From: a bacterium | Lineage (GTDB): Bacteria; UBA8248 | Direction: 5' to 3' | DNA length: 64,000 nucleotides | Assembly: GCA_965213625.1 (NCBI GenBank) | Contig: CBDBZU010000004.1 | Location: 1,248,001-1,312,000 of the forward strand | Translations under genes and position numbers: made by a program | Notes under the pieces: generated by a model | Database searches by the model: none | Told to the model about the DNA's origin: nothing | What the model saw: the letters and a program-made list of their open reading frames with translations, nothing else | In this document: positions 39,869-49,401 of the stretch, in pieces | Position numbering within the stretch: position 1 is the stretch's first letter | Layout: each line of letters opens with the position of its first letter

Positions 39869-40894
39869 CTATTCGAGGTCATTATCCGCCTGGCCGTTTA
39901 CATGGCCGTTCGACGGCGATGCCTCCGCTTGCGTCGGAGCGTCATCCTGCTTGGCGTCCTCGTCCGCATGGCCGTTTGCGTGGCCATTGGTGTGACCATT
40001 CGTATGTCCGTTCGAATGGCCGTTTGCATGACCGTTCGATGGCGGCGTCTCGGCCTCGGCTTCGAGCGCCACTATCTCTTCTTGGCCTTCCGCCGGGCCT
40101 AAGTCGAGCTTCTCGGTCATTTCGAATTCCTCGGGTTTCGGCATATCCGAAAGGTTCTTGAAGCCGAAATGCTCCAGGAACAGGGGCGTGGTGCCATAGA
40201 CGATGGGCCGGCCCACGACGTCCCGACGCCCGAGAATGCGGGTGAGGCCGCGCTCGAGCAGGGTGTGCAGCACGCCGCCGCAATCCACCCGCCGAATCTC
40301 CTCGATCTCCGCTTTGGTGATGGGCTGCTTGTAGGCCAGGATGGCCAGTGTTTCGAGCGCCGCCTGGGACAGTTTGGTTTTTTTCTCCGTTTTGGAGAAC
40401 CGCTTCACCCAGGGAGAGAACTCCGCCCGCGTGCACAGGCGGAAACCCTCGGCCACTTCGATGATCTGCAGGGTTTTGTCCCCGTATTCCTCGACAAGTT
40501 CGCCCAGGAATTTTCGGACGACCTTGACGTCCACGTTGGAAACGCCTTTGAACAGAAAAGATATGTCCCGCGGCCTGAGCGGCTCGCTCGCGACGAATAG
40601 AATGGATTCCACGATCTTTTTCGCCTCGCCCAGGTCCATGATGAGGGGCGCGTCCTTGTCGACCTCTCCGGCTTCCTCTTCATCGGGCGCATCTTCGGCC
40701 ATCTCCATATGTTCCTGCGCCTCATCGATCTCGAAGAGCGTCTCCTCGCGAGGTTCCTCCATGGCCTCCATCTGATGCTCCGCCAGAGCCTTGGCCGCGG
40801 CGTCGGGGGCCGATATTTCATCTTCTGCGAGTTCGAAGGGAGTTTCCGGTTCCATGCGCTCTGTTTTCTCTTTTTCTGGTTGGGGGTTATTCAT
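39869..40894 (-). CDS. scpB: SMC-ScpAB complex subunit ScpB with acidic N-tail and NGH-repeat C-tail
   Basis: VESILFVASEPL, LSQAALETLAILAYKQPITKAEIEEIR, GRPIVYGTT..FL..FG; start uncertain. Confidence 0.92.
   Translation of the reverse strand: MNNPQPEKEKTERMEPETPFELAEDEISAPDAAAKALAEHQMEAMEEPREETLFEIDEAQEHMEMAEDAPDEEEAGEVDKDAPLIMDLGEAKKIVESILFVASEPLRPRDISFLFKGVSNVDVKVVRKFLGELVEEYGDKTLQIIEVAEGFRLCTRAEFSPWVKRFSKTEKKTKLSQAALETLAILAYKQPITKAEIEEIRRVDCGGVLHTLLERGLTRILGRRDVVGRPIVYGTTPLFLEHFGFKNLSDMPKPEEFEMTEKLDLGPAEGQEEIVALEAEAETPPSNGHANGHSNGHTNGHTNGHANGHADEDAKQDDAPTQAEASPSNGHVNGQADNDLE
39965..40039 (-). repeat. 12-bp degenerate tandem repeat encoding (x-N-G-H)6 in scpB
   Basis: Translates SNGHANGHSNGHTNGHTNGHANGH. 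Confidence 0.85.
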
Positions 40895-41816
40895 CACGCA
40901 CCGCCTTTGAAATTCGGATTTCACCGAAATTGGACGCCTGTTGCGCCACGACGAGATTTCCCTTGATGAGTTCCAGGAGCGCCAGGAATATCGCCACCAC
41001 TTCCAGCGCGCGCTTCGTCTGGAACAATGAGTGGAAAAAGACGCCCTCTTTGCCTGCGTCTTCGAGAGTGTCCAGCAGTCTGGTTCTCATGTCGGCAACT
41101 TCGAGCTCATCGATGTCCACGAGGTGGATACCCTCTTCCCCGATGGATTCGATGAGGTGTTGCATGGCGCTGATGAGGTCAAATACCGTCACTTGCAGCT
41201 TCGGCGCTTCTTCTTCCTCTTCATCTTCCAGCAGGAGGGGGTCGGCCCCCCGCGTATAGAGCCAGGATTGCTCCTCCTCCGCATGGCGGAACACCTGGCT
41301 GATTTTCTTGAATTTCTGGTATTCGATGAGCTGGCGCTGGAGTTCCTGGCGCAGGATTTCGGGGTCTTCCTCTTCCGCGTCGTCCTCGGTCCGGGGCAGA
41401 AGGGTTCTGCTCTTGAGGTAGACCAGATAAGAGGCCATGACGAGATATTCCGACGCCAGGTTGATGTTCAGTTTATTGAGCAGTTCCACGTATTTGAGGT
41501 ATTGATCCGTAATAAAAGCGACCGGAATGTCGTGGATGTCCAGCTTGTGCTCGCGCACCAGATGGAGCAGGAGTTCGAGCGGGCCTTCGAAGACGTCGAT
41601 TTTTATGTTGAATCGCTCGGAAACATCCGAAGCTTCAGAGGCGGTCTCTTGGCCCTCGGGGTGACCCGCATCGGGCGCAGCCACAGTCTCCAGGACCTCC
41701 CAGTTCTCGGGGTTTCCCGCGGACTTATCGCTGCCCCAGGGCAGATTGGCGAAGTCCGTCGCCTCTGAAGGCGCAGCCGCACCCTCTGTATTCGGCGTAT
41801 CTTGCTGGGGATTCAT
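40887..41816 (-). CDS. scpA: Segregation/condensation protein A (kleisin)
   Basis: FEGPLELLLHLV, ITDQYL, EYLVMA..L..LKSR.LLP, FLALLEL; start uncertain. Confidence 0.92.
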   Translation of the reverse strand: MNPQQDTPNTEGAAAPSEATDFANLPWGSDKSAGNPENWEVLETVAAPDAGHPEGQETASEASDVSERFNIKIDVFEGPLELLLHLVREHKLDIHDIPVAFITDQYLKYVELLNKLNINLASEYLVMASYLVYLKSRTLLPRTEDDAEEEDPEILRQELQRQLIEYQKFKKISQVFRHAEEEQSWLYTRGADPLLLEDEEEEEAPKLQVTVFDLISAMQHLIESIGEEGIHLVDIDELEVADMRTRLLDTLEDAGKEGVFFHSLFQTKRALEVVAIFLALLELIKGNLVVAQQASNFGEIRISKAVRDE

Positions 41817-42074
41817 GCTCACCCCGGATGGGCGGACTGAGCGGTCTTTACCGGGCAATTTCACGAGCCCACAGGCGGGGAGGCTCTAAATCACCCTGGA
41901 ACTACTATCAAGCCTAGGAAAGATAGGTGTTCTTGTCAAATGGAAAAAATTGGGTTTTTCAAGAGATTCAACCCCTTATACTTGAACTTCACGGCTTATC
42001 GGCACGTCCGCCTTGAGGGGCGCGCGCCACTGGGGGATAATCGGAGAAGTGTTCATCTCGATGAGGAGAAATCG

Positions 42075-42917
42075 ATGGCAGGCAAGCTGATGTCCCTCAC
42101 GCAAGCGGCGGCCCTCGTGCAGGATGGGGATATGCTCGCCATGGGCGGAAACTCGCTCACGAGAATTCCCGCCGCCTACGTCCGCGAAATCGCCCGCCAA
42201 GGGCGGGAAAGTTTGCGTCTCGTGAAGACGGCCGGCGCCTACGACGTCGATTTGCTATGCGCGGCGGGGGCCGTGACGCAGACGCAGACGGGCTACGTGG
42301 GTTTCGAGAACCTCTTCGGCCTGGCGCCCTCCTACCGCCGCAGCGTGGAGGAAGGCCGTGTGCAAGCGGTCGAACACGCCTGCTCCACGGTCATCGCAGG
42401 TCTCAGGGCCTCCGCGTATGGTCTTCCGAGCCAGCCCGTGGCGGGTCTGGACGGGAGCGACGTGGCGGCGATTACGGGTTTCCGGCAGGTGAAAGACCCC
42501 TACACGGGCGAGTCGACCTACATGGTTCCCCGGATCAGGCCCCGGTTCGCCGTACTCCACGTGACGTACGCAGATTCCGAGGGAAACGCGCGGATAGATG
42601 GCGGCGCGTTCGAGGACGTGCTGATGTCCCGTGCGGCCGAGTCGGTGATTCTCACGGCGGAGCGCATCGAGGAGACTGCGTTTTTCGTCGAAAAACCAGA
42701 CAGAACGGCGGTTCCCGCCTTCATGGTGCAGGCGGTCGTGCACGCGCCGGGAGGCGCGCGGCCCGGGGGATGCCATCCGTTCTACGATATCGACGAGGAC
42801 GCCGTGGGCGCGTATCTCGATTCGGCATCCGGTGTGGAATCCCTGCGCGCTCATCTGGATTCATGGGAGGAGCGCGACCATGCGGGCAGCGCGGCGGCCT
42901 CGGGGAGCGTTGCATGA
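42075..42917 (+). CDS. CoA-transferase subunit A (glutaconate/CatI-like)
   Basis: VQDGDMLAMGG, DLLCAAG, VKDPYTGE, ADSEGN, GGARPGGC. Confidence 0.85.
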   Translation: MAGKLMSLTQAAALVQDGDMLAMGGNSLTRIPAAYVREIARQGRESLRLVKTAGAYDVDLLCAAGAVTQTQTGYVGFENLFGLAPSYRRSVEEGRVQAVEHACSTVIAGLRASAYGLPSQPVAGLDGSDVAAITGFRQVKDPYTGESTYMVPRIRPRFAVLHVTYADSEGNARIDGGAFEDVLMSRAAESVILTAERIEETAFFVEKPDRTAVPAFMVQAVVHAPGGARPGGCHPFYDIDEDAVGAYLDSASGVESLRAHLDSWEERDHAGSAAASGSVA

Positions 42918-43666
42918 GCGTCGCCTTGCGCGAAGGCGTGTCCGAAGAAGTACGTGCCGCCGCGGACAGGATGGCGGTTTTCCTTTCGAGGTTCATTCGC
43001 GATGGGGAACTCGTGTTCCACGGGGTGGCCTCGCCGCTGCCGATGGCGGCGATCGTCATGGCGCGGAATACCCATGCGCCGAACCTGACCTATCTGAACA
43101 TTCCAGGCGGCGTGGACCCCCGGCCTTCCTATCTTCCCGGTTCCACGGTTGCAAGACAGCTCATGGAGGGGGCGCTTTCGTATTTCACCCTCACGGAAAT
43201 TTTCGATCTCTCCGCACGCGGCAAGCTCGACCTGGCGTTTCTGGGCGGCGCGCAAATCGACGCGCACGGTGACATGAACCTCTCCTTCATCGGGGACCCG
43301 GCGGCGCCCAAGGTGCGCCTTCCGGGCGGCGCGGGCAGCGCGCATATTCTGCCCACGGCGGTGCGCACCGTGCTCTGGCGGACGGTTCACGACGCGAGGA
43401 GCTTTCCTGAGCGTTGCGACTTCATAACCGCATCGGGCAACGTGGAAGCGGTAGTGACCCCTCTTTGCATTTTTGAAAAGGTGGATGGTCGCCTGAGAGT
43501 CAAGTCGATTCACCAGGGGGTGACGGCGGACGTATTGCGCGCCGCCACGGGGTTCGACCTGGGCGATCTGGAATCTCTGCCCACCACACCTGAACCTACG
43601 GATGCCGAACGCGCCGCACTCGCCGCCGCAGACCCCGAAGGTGTTCGCCTGCGCGAATTCATCTGA
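42914..43666 (+). CDS. CoA-transferase subunit B (glutaconate/CatJ-like)
   Basis: FHGVASPLP, AFLGGAQID..G..N, VRLPGGAG, CDFIT; ATGA overlap with subunit A. Confidence 0.85.
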   Translation: MSVALREGVSEEVRAAADRMAVFLSRFIRDGELVFHGVASPLPMAAIVMARNTHAPNLTYLNIPGGVDPRPSYLPGSTVARQLMEGALSYFTLTEIFDLSARGKLDLAFLGGAQIDAHGDMNLSFIGDPAAPKVRLPGGAGSAHILPTAVRTVLWRTVHDARSFPERCDFITASGNVEAVVTPLCIFEKVDGRLRVKSIHQGVTADVLRAATGFDLGDLESLPTTPEPTDAERAALAAADPEGVRLREFI

Positions 43667-43683
43667 AGCGGAAATCTCCTTTC

Positions 43684-44619
43684 ATGACGCAGAAAAAATT
43701 CGACGCCGTGGGAATCGGCCTGAACTCGGCCGATCAGTTCTGCGTGGTGCGTGGATACCCGAAAGTGAACACCAAGAGCGGGGTTCTGGAGACGGTGCGT
43801 GCGGGCGGCGGTCAGGCGGCGACGGCCATGGCGGCGCTGGCGCGCCTGGGCATGCGCACGGCCTATATCGGCGCGGTGGGCGACGACGAGGCGGGCGCGT
43901 TTTCTCTTGCGAGTCTGGAGGCCGAGGGCGTGAACGTGGAAGGCGTCGTTACGCAGAAAGGACGCGCGAGCCAGTTCGCCCTCATCATCGTGCAGCAGGA
44001 AGGCGACGGGGAGGAGAAAGGCTCGCGGACGATTCTGTGGCGGCGCGAGGTCTCCCTGGCTCCTGAAGACGTGCGCGAGGATATCGTTCGCGCGGGCAGC
44101 ACGCTGCATCTCGATGGCCATCACGTCGAGGCGGAAATCGCAGCCGCCCGGTGGGCGTGCGAGGAGGGCGCGCCCGTGTTTCTGGATGCCGAGCGTGCGC
44201 CCGAGGGCATCGAGGATCTCATCGGACTCACGGATTACCTGATCGCGGCGGAGGATTTTCCCGCTCTGCTCACCGGCGTTTCCGATCACCGCGATGCTTT
44301 GCGCCTGCTTCACGCGATGGGGCCCAAGGTGGCGGGCGTCACCCTGGGCGCGCGTGGCGCGCTCGCATACGACGGGGCGCGGTTTTATGAATCACCCGGC
44401 TTTCAGGTGGACGTTCTCGACACCACGGGCGCGGGCGATGCGTTTCATGGCGCGTTCTTGTACGGCGTATTGCGAAAGATGGGCCTTGAGGATACGTTGC
44501 GCTTCGCAAACGCGGTCGCCGCGATGAACTGCACCGCCCTCGGAGGAAGGGCCGCACTTCCTCGGCTGAGCGAGGTGGAAGCATTTCTGCAGGCGAATTC
44601 ACCACGGGAAAACCCATGA
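43684..44619 (+). CDS. PfkB family carbohydrate kinase
   Basis: GGGQAATA, GAVGDD, VTLGARG, DTTGAGDAFHG. Confidence 0.92.
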   Translation: MTQKKFDAVGIGLNSADQFCVVRGYPKVNTKSGVLETVRAGGGQAATAMAALARLGMRTAYIGAVGDDEAGAFSLASLEAEGVNVEGVVTQKGRASQFALIIVQQEGDGEEKGSRTILWRREVSLAPEDVREDIVRAGSTLHLDGHHVEAEIAAARWACEEGAPVFLDAERAPEGIEDLIGLTDYLIAAEDFPALLTGVSDHRDALRLLHAMGPKVAGVTLGARGALAYDGARFYESPGFQVDVLDTTGAGDAFHGAFLYGVLRKMGLEDTLRFANAVAAMNCTALGGRAALPRLSEVEAFLQANSPRENP

Positions 44620-45845
44620 AGCGCATATCCAAAAATACTTGCTCCGCTCTCACGTCGATTTGTCTCTCCTTGATTCTGGGCGGTTGCGATCTCCTGCCCG
44701 AGCTCGGCCCGCCGGAAGAATCCGTCTCGGGCACCATTCGGATGAGCGGGAAGCTGCCCGTAAAGGCATGGCGCACGCGCACGCTCTTCATCATCCTGGA
44801 GCGCGAGGGAGGCGGTCCGCCGCTGGCCGTGCAGCGCCTGGTGGAGACGCGGTTTCCTTACCAATACGTAATCACGAAAGACGACATGATGATTCGCGGG
44901 CGGAAATTCTCAGGCCGCGTCCGCGTGCGCGCCCGCCTGGATTCGGACGGCGTTCCGGGGCCGCTGGTCCAGGGCGATTACGAGGGGCGGGCCTCAGGCC
45001 TGGTTGCCGTGGGCGCGAAGAACGTAGACGTGGTGATCGATCGAATCGGCACGGCTCCTCCCCCGAAAGTGGTGAAAAAATCTCCCCGAAAACCCGCTCC
45101 ACCTCCAAAGGCAGCGCCACCGGCGGGAGTAGGGAAAACGATTCGCGGCGTGGTTCGCGTCGCCCCCAAACTTAAGGAAAAGGCGAAGGGTAAGGCGGCG
45201 ATTTTCATCATCGCGCGCGGGAAGCAACCCGGCCCGCCCCTGGCGGTCATGCGGATTCTGAGTCCCACCTTTCCCCTCGAATTCACGATGAGCGAGCAAA
45301 ACGTGATGCTCCAGGGGGCGGCGTTCGCAGGCGAGGTCAGCCTCATCGCCAAACTCGATGGGGACGGAAAGGTCGGGACGCAGCCGGGCGATATTTTCGG
45401 CGGCGCTCGCGGGCCGGTCCAGGTGGGTGCGCAAGGCGTGGAGATCGTTCTCTCACAAGAGGCAAAAGGCGCAGCCGCGTCACAGCCCGCACAGAAGCAA
45501 GAGGCGGGAGAGGTGATTTCGGGCACAATCGAGGTTGTCCCTGCGTTACGGACAATGGCCGAAGGAAAGCCCGTCTTGTTCCTGATCGCGCGCAAGGGCG
45601 GAGGAGGTCCCCCGCTGGCTGTCGTGCGGGTGGCGAACCCCCGATTCCCCCTCAAGTTCGAGATATCGAAACGAAACGTGATGATCCCCGGCGTGCCGTT
45701 CGAGGGAATGGTTTCGCTCTCGGCGCGCCTCGACGCGGACGGCTCGGCGGGACCCGCTGGTGCAGGCGATCTCGAGGGCCGTACGGCGCGCCCCGTTCGG
45801 GTGGGGGAGAAGAACGTGCGCATCGTGATCGACAAGGCGTTTTAA
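44616..45845 (+). CDS. Predicted lipoprotein with three tandem CcmI/CycH C-terminal-like beta domains
   Basis: Lipobox LILGGC; three repeats of FII..GPPLAV.R...FP....M..G..F.G.V...A(R/K)LD.DG. Confidence 0.7.
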   Translation: MKRISKNTCSALTSICLSLILGGCDLLPELGPPEESVSGTIRMSGKLPVKAWRTRTLFIILEREGGGPPLAVQRLVETRFPYQYVITKDDMMIRGRKFSGRVRVRARLDSDGVPGPLVQGDYEGRASGLVAVGAKNVDVVIDRIGTAPPPKVVKKSPRKPAPPPKAAPPAGVGKTIRGVVRVAPKLKEKAKGKAAIFIIARGKQPGPPLAVMRILSPTFPLEFTMSEQNVMLQGAAFAGEVSLIAKLDGDGKVGTQPGDIFGGARGPVQVGAQGVEIVLSQEAKGAAASQPAQKQEAGEVISGTIEVVPALRTMAEGKPVLFLIARKGGGGPPLAVVRVANPRFPLKFEISKRNVMIPGVPFEGMVSLSARLDADGSAGPAGAGDLEGRTARPVRVGEKNVRIVIDKAF

Positions 45846-46041
45846 AACGGCGCGGCCGGAACGCAGACGCTGACCGGCATGCGCGTCGTCTCGATTGCGC
45901 TGCGCAACAATCGAGTCATGACCCCGCGCTCTGGCGCGGCGGCGGCAAAGTGTGCATAATCGGCCCTCGAAAAATCCAAGAATCTATTTCTGAGCGAAAT
46001 TAGGTTTATCCTCATTCACGTACCGATAAGGAGAAGTCCAG

Positions 46042-47058
46042 GTGATCATCGACCCTCATGCCCACATCGCTCCCGAGAGTTTCATCGAAGACGTACGCCA
46101 GGGCCGTTTCGGCGACGCCGTCACCATCGAAGCGGGCGACCCGTGGGAACTGCTCGTCACGAAAAACACCGTTCTCGGCGAGGAGCGGATTCACAAGAAC
46201 CCGTTGCCGAAAGAAACCTATGACGTCGAGATGCGCCTGAGCGACATGGACAACAACCAGAACGTGGACATACAGATACTCTCCGTCGTTCCGCCGATGA
46301 CGCACTACGCGCTCGACGCAGGCCTGAACAGGGAACTCTCCGTATCGCTGAACGATGCGCTGACCGCGCTCACGAAAGAACACCCCGAGCGCTTCCTGTG
46401 CATGGCGCAGATTCCGCTCCAGGACCCCGAAGCCGCGGCGGCCGAACTCGACCGCGCGGTGAAAAACGGCCACCTGGGTTGTCAGATCGGCTCGAACATC
46501 GCGGGGAAAAACCTGGACGACCCCGCACTCGACGTCGTCTGGGCCAAGGCCTGCGAGCACGACGTGCCGATCTTCATCCATCCGGTGGACGTCATGGGCA
46601 TCAATGACAGGCTCAAGGACTATTACCTGAGAAACTTCATCGGCAACCCGCTTGACACGACGATATCCATCGCCTGCCTTATCTTCGGCGGCGTGTTCGA
46701 CCGCTTCCCGAACATCAAGTTCCTGGTCTCGCACGTGGGCGGCTTCGTGCCCTGGATCCGGGGCCGCTGGCAGCACGGCTACGGCGAGCGCAGAGAGCCC
46801 AAGGTGCACGGAGCGAAAGATCCCGAACAGTATTTCGGCAAAATTTACTACGACACCATCATCCACAACGCGGATTCGTTCGAGTTCGCCGTGAAAACGC
46901 TCGGCGTGGACAAGATTCTCTACGGCACGGACTATCCCTTCGACATGGGCTATCTGGCCGGGGCGAAGGAGATTCCCGGGCTTTCGCGCTTCTCGGCGGA
47001 TGAGCAGGAACAGATGCTCTACGGGAACGTGAAGAAACTCTACAAGCTGGACGTGTAG
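46042..47058 (+). CDS. Amidohydrolase-2 (ACMSD-like decarboxylase/hydrolase), paralog 1
   Basis: IDPHAH, PLQDP, FIHP, GNPLDTT, GGVFDRFP, HVGG, YGTDYPFDMG. Confidence 0.9.
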   Translation: MIIDPHAHIAPESFIEDVRQGRFGDAVTIEAGDPWELLVTKNTVLGEERIHKNPLPKETYDVEMRLSDMDNNQNVDIQILSVVPPMTHYALDAGLNRELSVSLNDALTALTKEHPERFLCMAQIPLQDPEAAAAELDRAVKNGHLGCQIGSNIAGKNLDDPALDVVWAKACEHDVPIFIHPVDVMGINDRLKDYYLRNFIGNPLDTTISIACLIFGGVFDRFPNIKFLVSHVGGFVPWIRGRWQHGYGERREPKVHGAKDPEQYFGKIYYDTIIHNADSFEFAVKTLGVDKILYGTDYPFDMGYLAGAKEIPGLSRFSADEQEQMLYGNVKKLYKLDV

Positions 47059-47142
47059 AACCAGCGACGGAGAATACGACTCGACACACTTGCGGTGAGG
47101 GGTCCCCGGAAGGGCCTCCTCCCTTCATAGATAGAGAAAAAG

Positions 47143-48159
47143 ATGACGGCGATCGATCCACATACCCATATCTATCCCGGGCAGTTCATTGCGGACGTGC
47201 GCGCAGGCCGCTTCGGCCGCACGGCGTCGATTGAGACCGACGAACACGGCGAGTGGCTCATCACGCGCGGAAAGGTCTTGGGGCGCGATTCGGAACTCAG
47301 GAACAAGCTCACGCCCCTTTATTATGAACTCGAGCCGCGCTTCGCCGACATGGAGCGGATGGGCGTCGCGCATCAGGTGCTCTCCATCGGCCCCGCCATG
47401 ACGCTCTACACACTGGAGGCGGAGGCGAACAAGGAGTTGGCCGCCTCGCTGAACGACGGCCTGAGCGCGCTGGCGAGGGAGTACCCCGATAAGTTCTCCT
47501 GCATGGCCACGGCGCCCCTCCAGGACCCGGAAGCGGCGGCGGCGGAACTCGAGCGGGCGGGCGCGAACGGTCACCTCGGCGTGATGATCGCCTCGAACGT
47601 GGCGGGGAGGAATCTCGACGATCCGGGGCTGGACGTATTCTGGGCCAAGGCCCAAGCGCTGGATATGCCCGTGTTCGTGCACCCCACGAACGTGCTGGGC
47701 GGCGGTGATCGTCTCCAGGATTTCTACTTGAGAAACTTCATCGGAAACCCGCTCGATACCACCATAGCGGTGGCGTGCCTCATCTTCGGCGGCGTGATGG
47801 ACAGGTTCCCGGAACTGAAATTCTATCTTTCCCACGTGGGCGGTTTCACGCCCTGGATCAGAGGCCGCTGGCAGCACGGCTACGGCGAGCGCAGGGAACC
47901 CAAGGTGCACGGAGCGAAGGACCCCGAGGAGTATTTCGGTCGTTTCTACTACGACACCATCATCCACAACGCGGATTGCTTCGAATTCGCTGCGAAGACG
48001 CTGGGTGCGGAGCGGATTCTCTACGGCACGGATTATCCGGCGGACATGGGCTATCACCAGCCCGCGCGGGATATTCCGGGTCTGAACCGCCTTTCGGAAG
48101 CGGAGCAGGAGATGATTCTCACGACCAATGCCAGACGTGTCTACGGACTTAATATATAG
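47143..48159 (+). CDS. Amidohydrolase-2 (ACMSD-like), paralog 2
   Basis: Same motifs; identical stretch WIRGRWQHGYGERREPKVHGAKDPE shared with paralog 1. Confidence 0.9.
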   Translation: MTAIDPHTHIYPGQFIADVRAGRFGRTASIETDEHGEWLITRGKVLGRDSELRNKLTPLYYELEPRFADMERMGVAHQVLSIGPAMTLYTLEAEANKELAASLNDGLSALAREYPDKFSCMATAPLQDPEAAAAELERAGANGHLGVMIASNVAGRNLDDPGLDVFWAKAQALDMPVFVHPTNVLGGGDRLQDFYLRNFIGNPLDTTIAVACLIFGGVMDRFPELKFYLSHVGGFTPWIRGRWQHGYGERREPKVHGAKDPEEYFGRFYYDTIIHNADCFEFAAKTLGAERILYGTDYPADMGYHQPARDIPGLNRLSEAEQEMILTTNARRVYGLNI

Positions 48160-48242
48160 GGACTGGACAAAGCGTCTTTGCGGTGTAAAATTCAGATAAG
48201 TATTTCAGATCAAGTCGATTCAACTGCATAGGGGAAGTTCCG

Positions 48243-48530
48243 ATGGAGGAAACCACCTTCCGCGTGGGCGACAGGGTGCGCATCAAGGAGATGTACCCCG
48301 ACGGCCACCACCGGACGACGTATTTCGTGAAGGGTAAGACGGGCGTCGTCAACCGTTATTTCGGCAAATACAAAAACCCGGAAAACCTCGCCTACGGCGG
48401 CGACGGCCTGCCGCTCAGGGAACTCTACTGGGTGGAGTTCGAAATCAACGATCTCTGGGATCACGAGGCGGGGAAAAAACAGGACAAACTCTATATCGAG
48501 ATTTATGAACATTGGCTGGAGCCGGTCTAG
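48243..48530 (+). CDS. Nitrile hydratase beta C-terminal SH3-like subunit (thiocyanate hydrolase ScnA-like)
   Basis: FRVGDRVRI, GHHRT.Y.VKGKTG, NPE.LAYG, LY.VEF...DLW, IYEHWLEP. Confidence 0.88.
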   Translation: MEETTFRVGDRVRIKEMYPDGHHRTTYFVKGKTGVVNRYFGKYKNPENLAYGGDGLPLRELYWVEFEINDLWDHEAGKKQDKLYIEIYEHWLEPV

Positions 48531-48568
48531 GCGAATCCACCGGCTCCCCCGTGAGCGAGGAGCACACC

Positions 48569-49333
48569 ATGGCGCACTCACACGATCACCACAACGGCGG
48601 ACATGTTCACCACCACGGCGACCATCCCCACACGTACAGCCAGGACCCCGGGGCGCACAACGCGCGTATGCAGTCCGACGACGCCTACCGCGAAGGAGCC
48701 GTGACCCAGGTCGAACACGATCTGGACTACTACCAGGTGCGGATGATGGCGCTGATGAACGTCCTCAGAGAGAAGGGCCTTCTCACGACCGACGAGATGA
48801 GGCGCGCGGTGGAGGAGATTTACGGCCAGAGCCCCGCCATCGGTTCGCGCATCATCGCGCGCGCCTGGGTGGATGAGGGCTTCAAGGAAAGGCTCCTCAC
48901 GGACGCGGACGCCGCCTGCGGCGAAATGGGGGTTGACACCACGGGCATCAACCGCGTGGTGGCCCTCGAGAATACCGACACGACCCGCTACATGGTGGTG
49001 TGCACGCTGTGTTCGTGCTACCCGAGGCAAATCCTCGGTCAGCCCCCCACCTGGTACAAGAGTTTCCCCTATCGCTCGAAGGCCGTGTCGGACCCGAGGG
49101 GAACCTTGAAGGACATGGGCTTCGATGCGCCCGATGACGTGGAGCTCATCGTCATCGACTCGAATGCGGATTGCCGCTATCTCATCATCCCCCAGCGTCC
49201 GGCGGGAACCGAGGACTGGAACGAAGCGCAACTCTTCCAGCTCGTGACGCGCGATTCGATGATCGGCGTGGGCGATCCCCTGACGCCGGAGCAACTCGAA
49301 GAAGCGATGCAGGCGTCGGAGCAGGCCACCTGA
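48569..49333 (+). CDS. Cobalt-type nitrile hydratase alpha / thiocyanate hydrolase gamma-like subunit with His-rich N-terminus
   Basis: ARAWVDEGFK, VVCTLCSCYP, PP.WYKS..YRS, P.RPAGTE, LVTRDSMIG. Confidence 0.9.
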   Translation: MAHSHDHHNGGHVHHHGDHPHTYSQDPGAHNARMQSDDAYREGAVTQVEHDLDYYQVRMMALMNVLREKGLLTTDEMRRAVEEIYGQSPAIGSRIIARAWVDEGFKERLLTDADAACGEMGVDTTGINRVVALENTDTTRYMVVCTLCSCYPRQILGQPPTWYKSFPYRSKAVSDPRGTLKDMGFDAPDDVELIVIDSNADCRYLIIPQRPAGTEDWNEAQLFQLVTRDSMIGVGDPLTPEQLEEAMQASEQAT

Positions 49334-49354
49334 TCTTAGTTTCGATCTTTACAT

Positions 49355-49387
49355 GCGGCGGGGGCGGAAACCCCCGCCGCTTTTTTT
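49355..49387 (+). terminator. Rho-independent terminator
   Basis: GCGGCGGGGG-CGGAAA-CCCCCGCCGC-TTTTTTT. Confidence 0.85.
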
Positions 49388-49401
49388 CGGGATGAGAAAG
49401 A

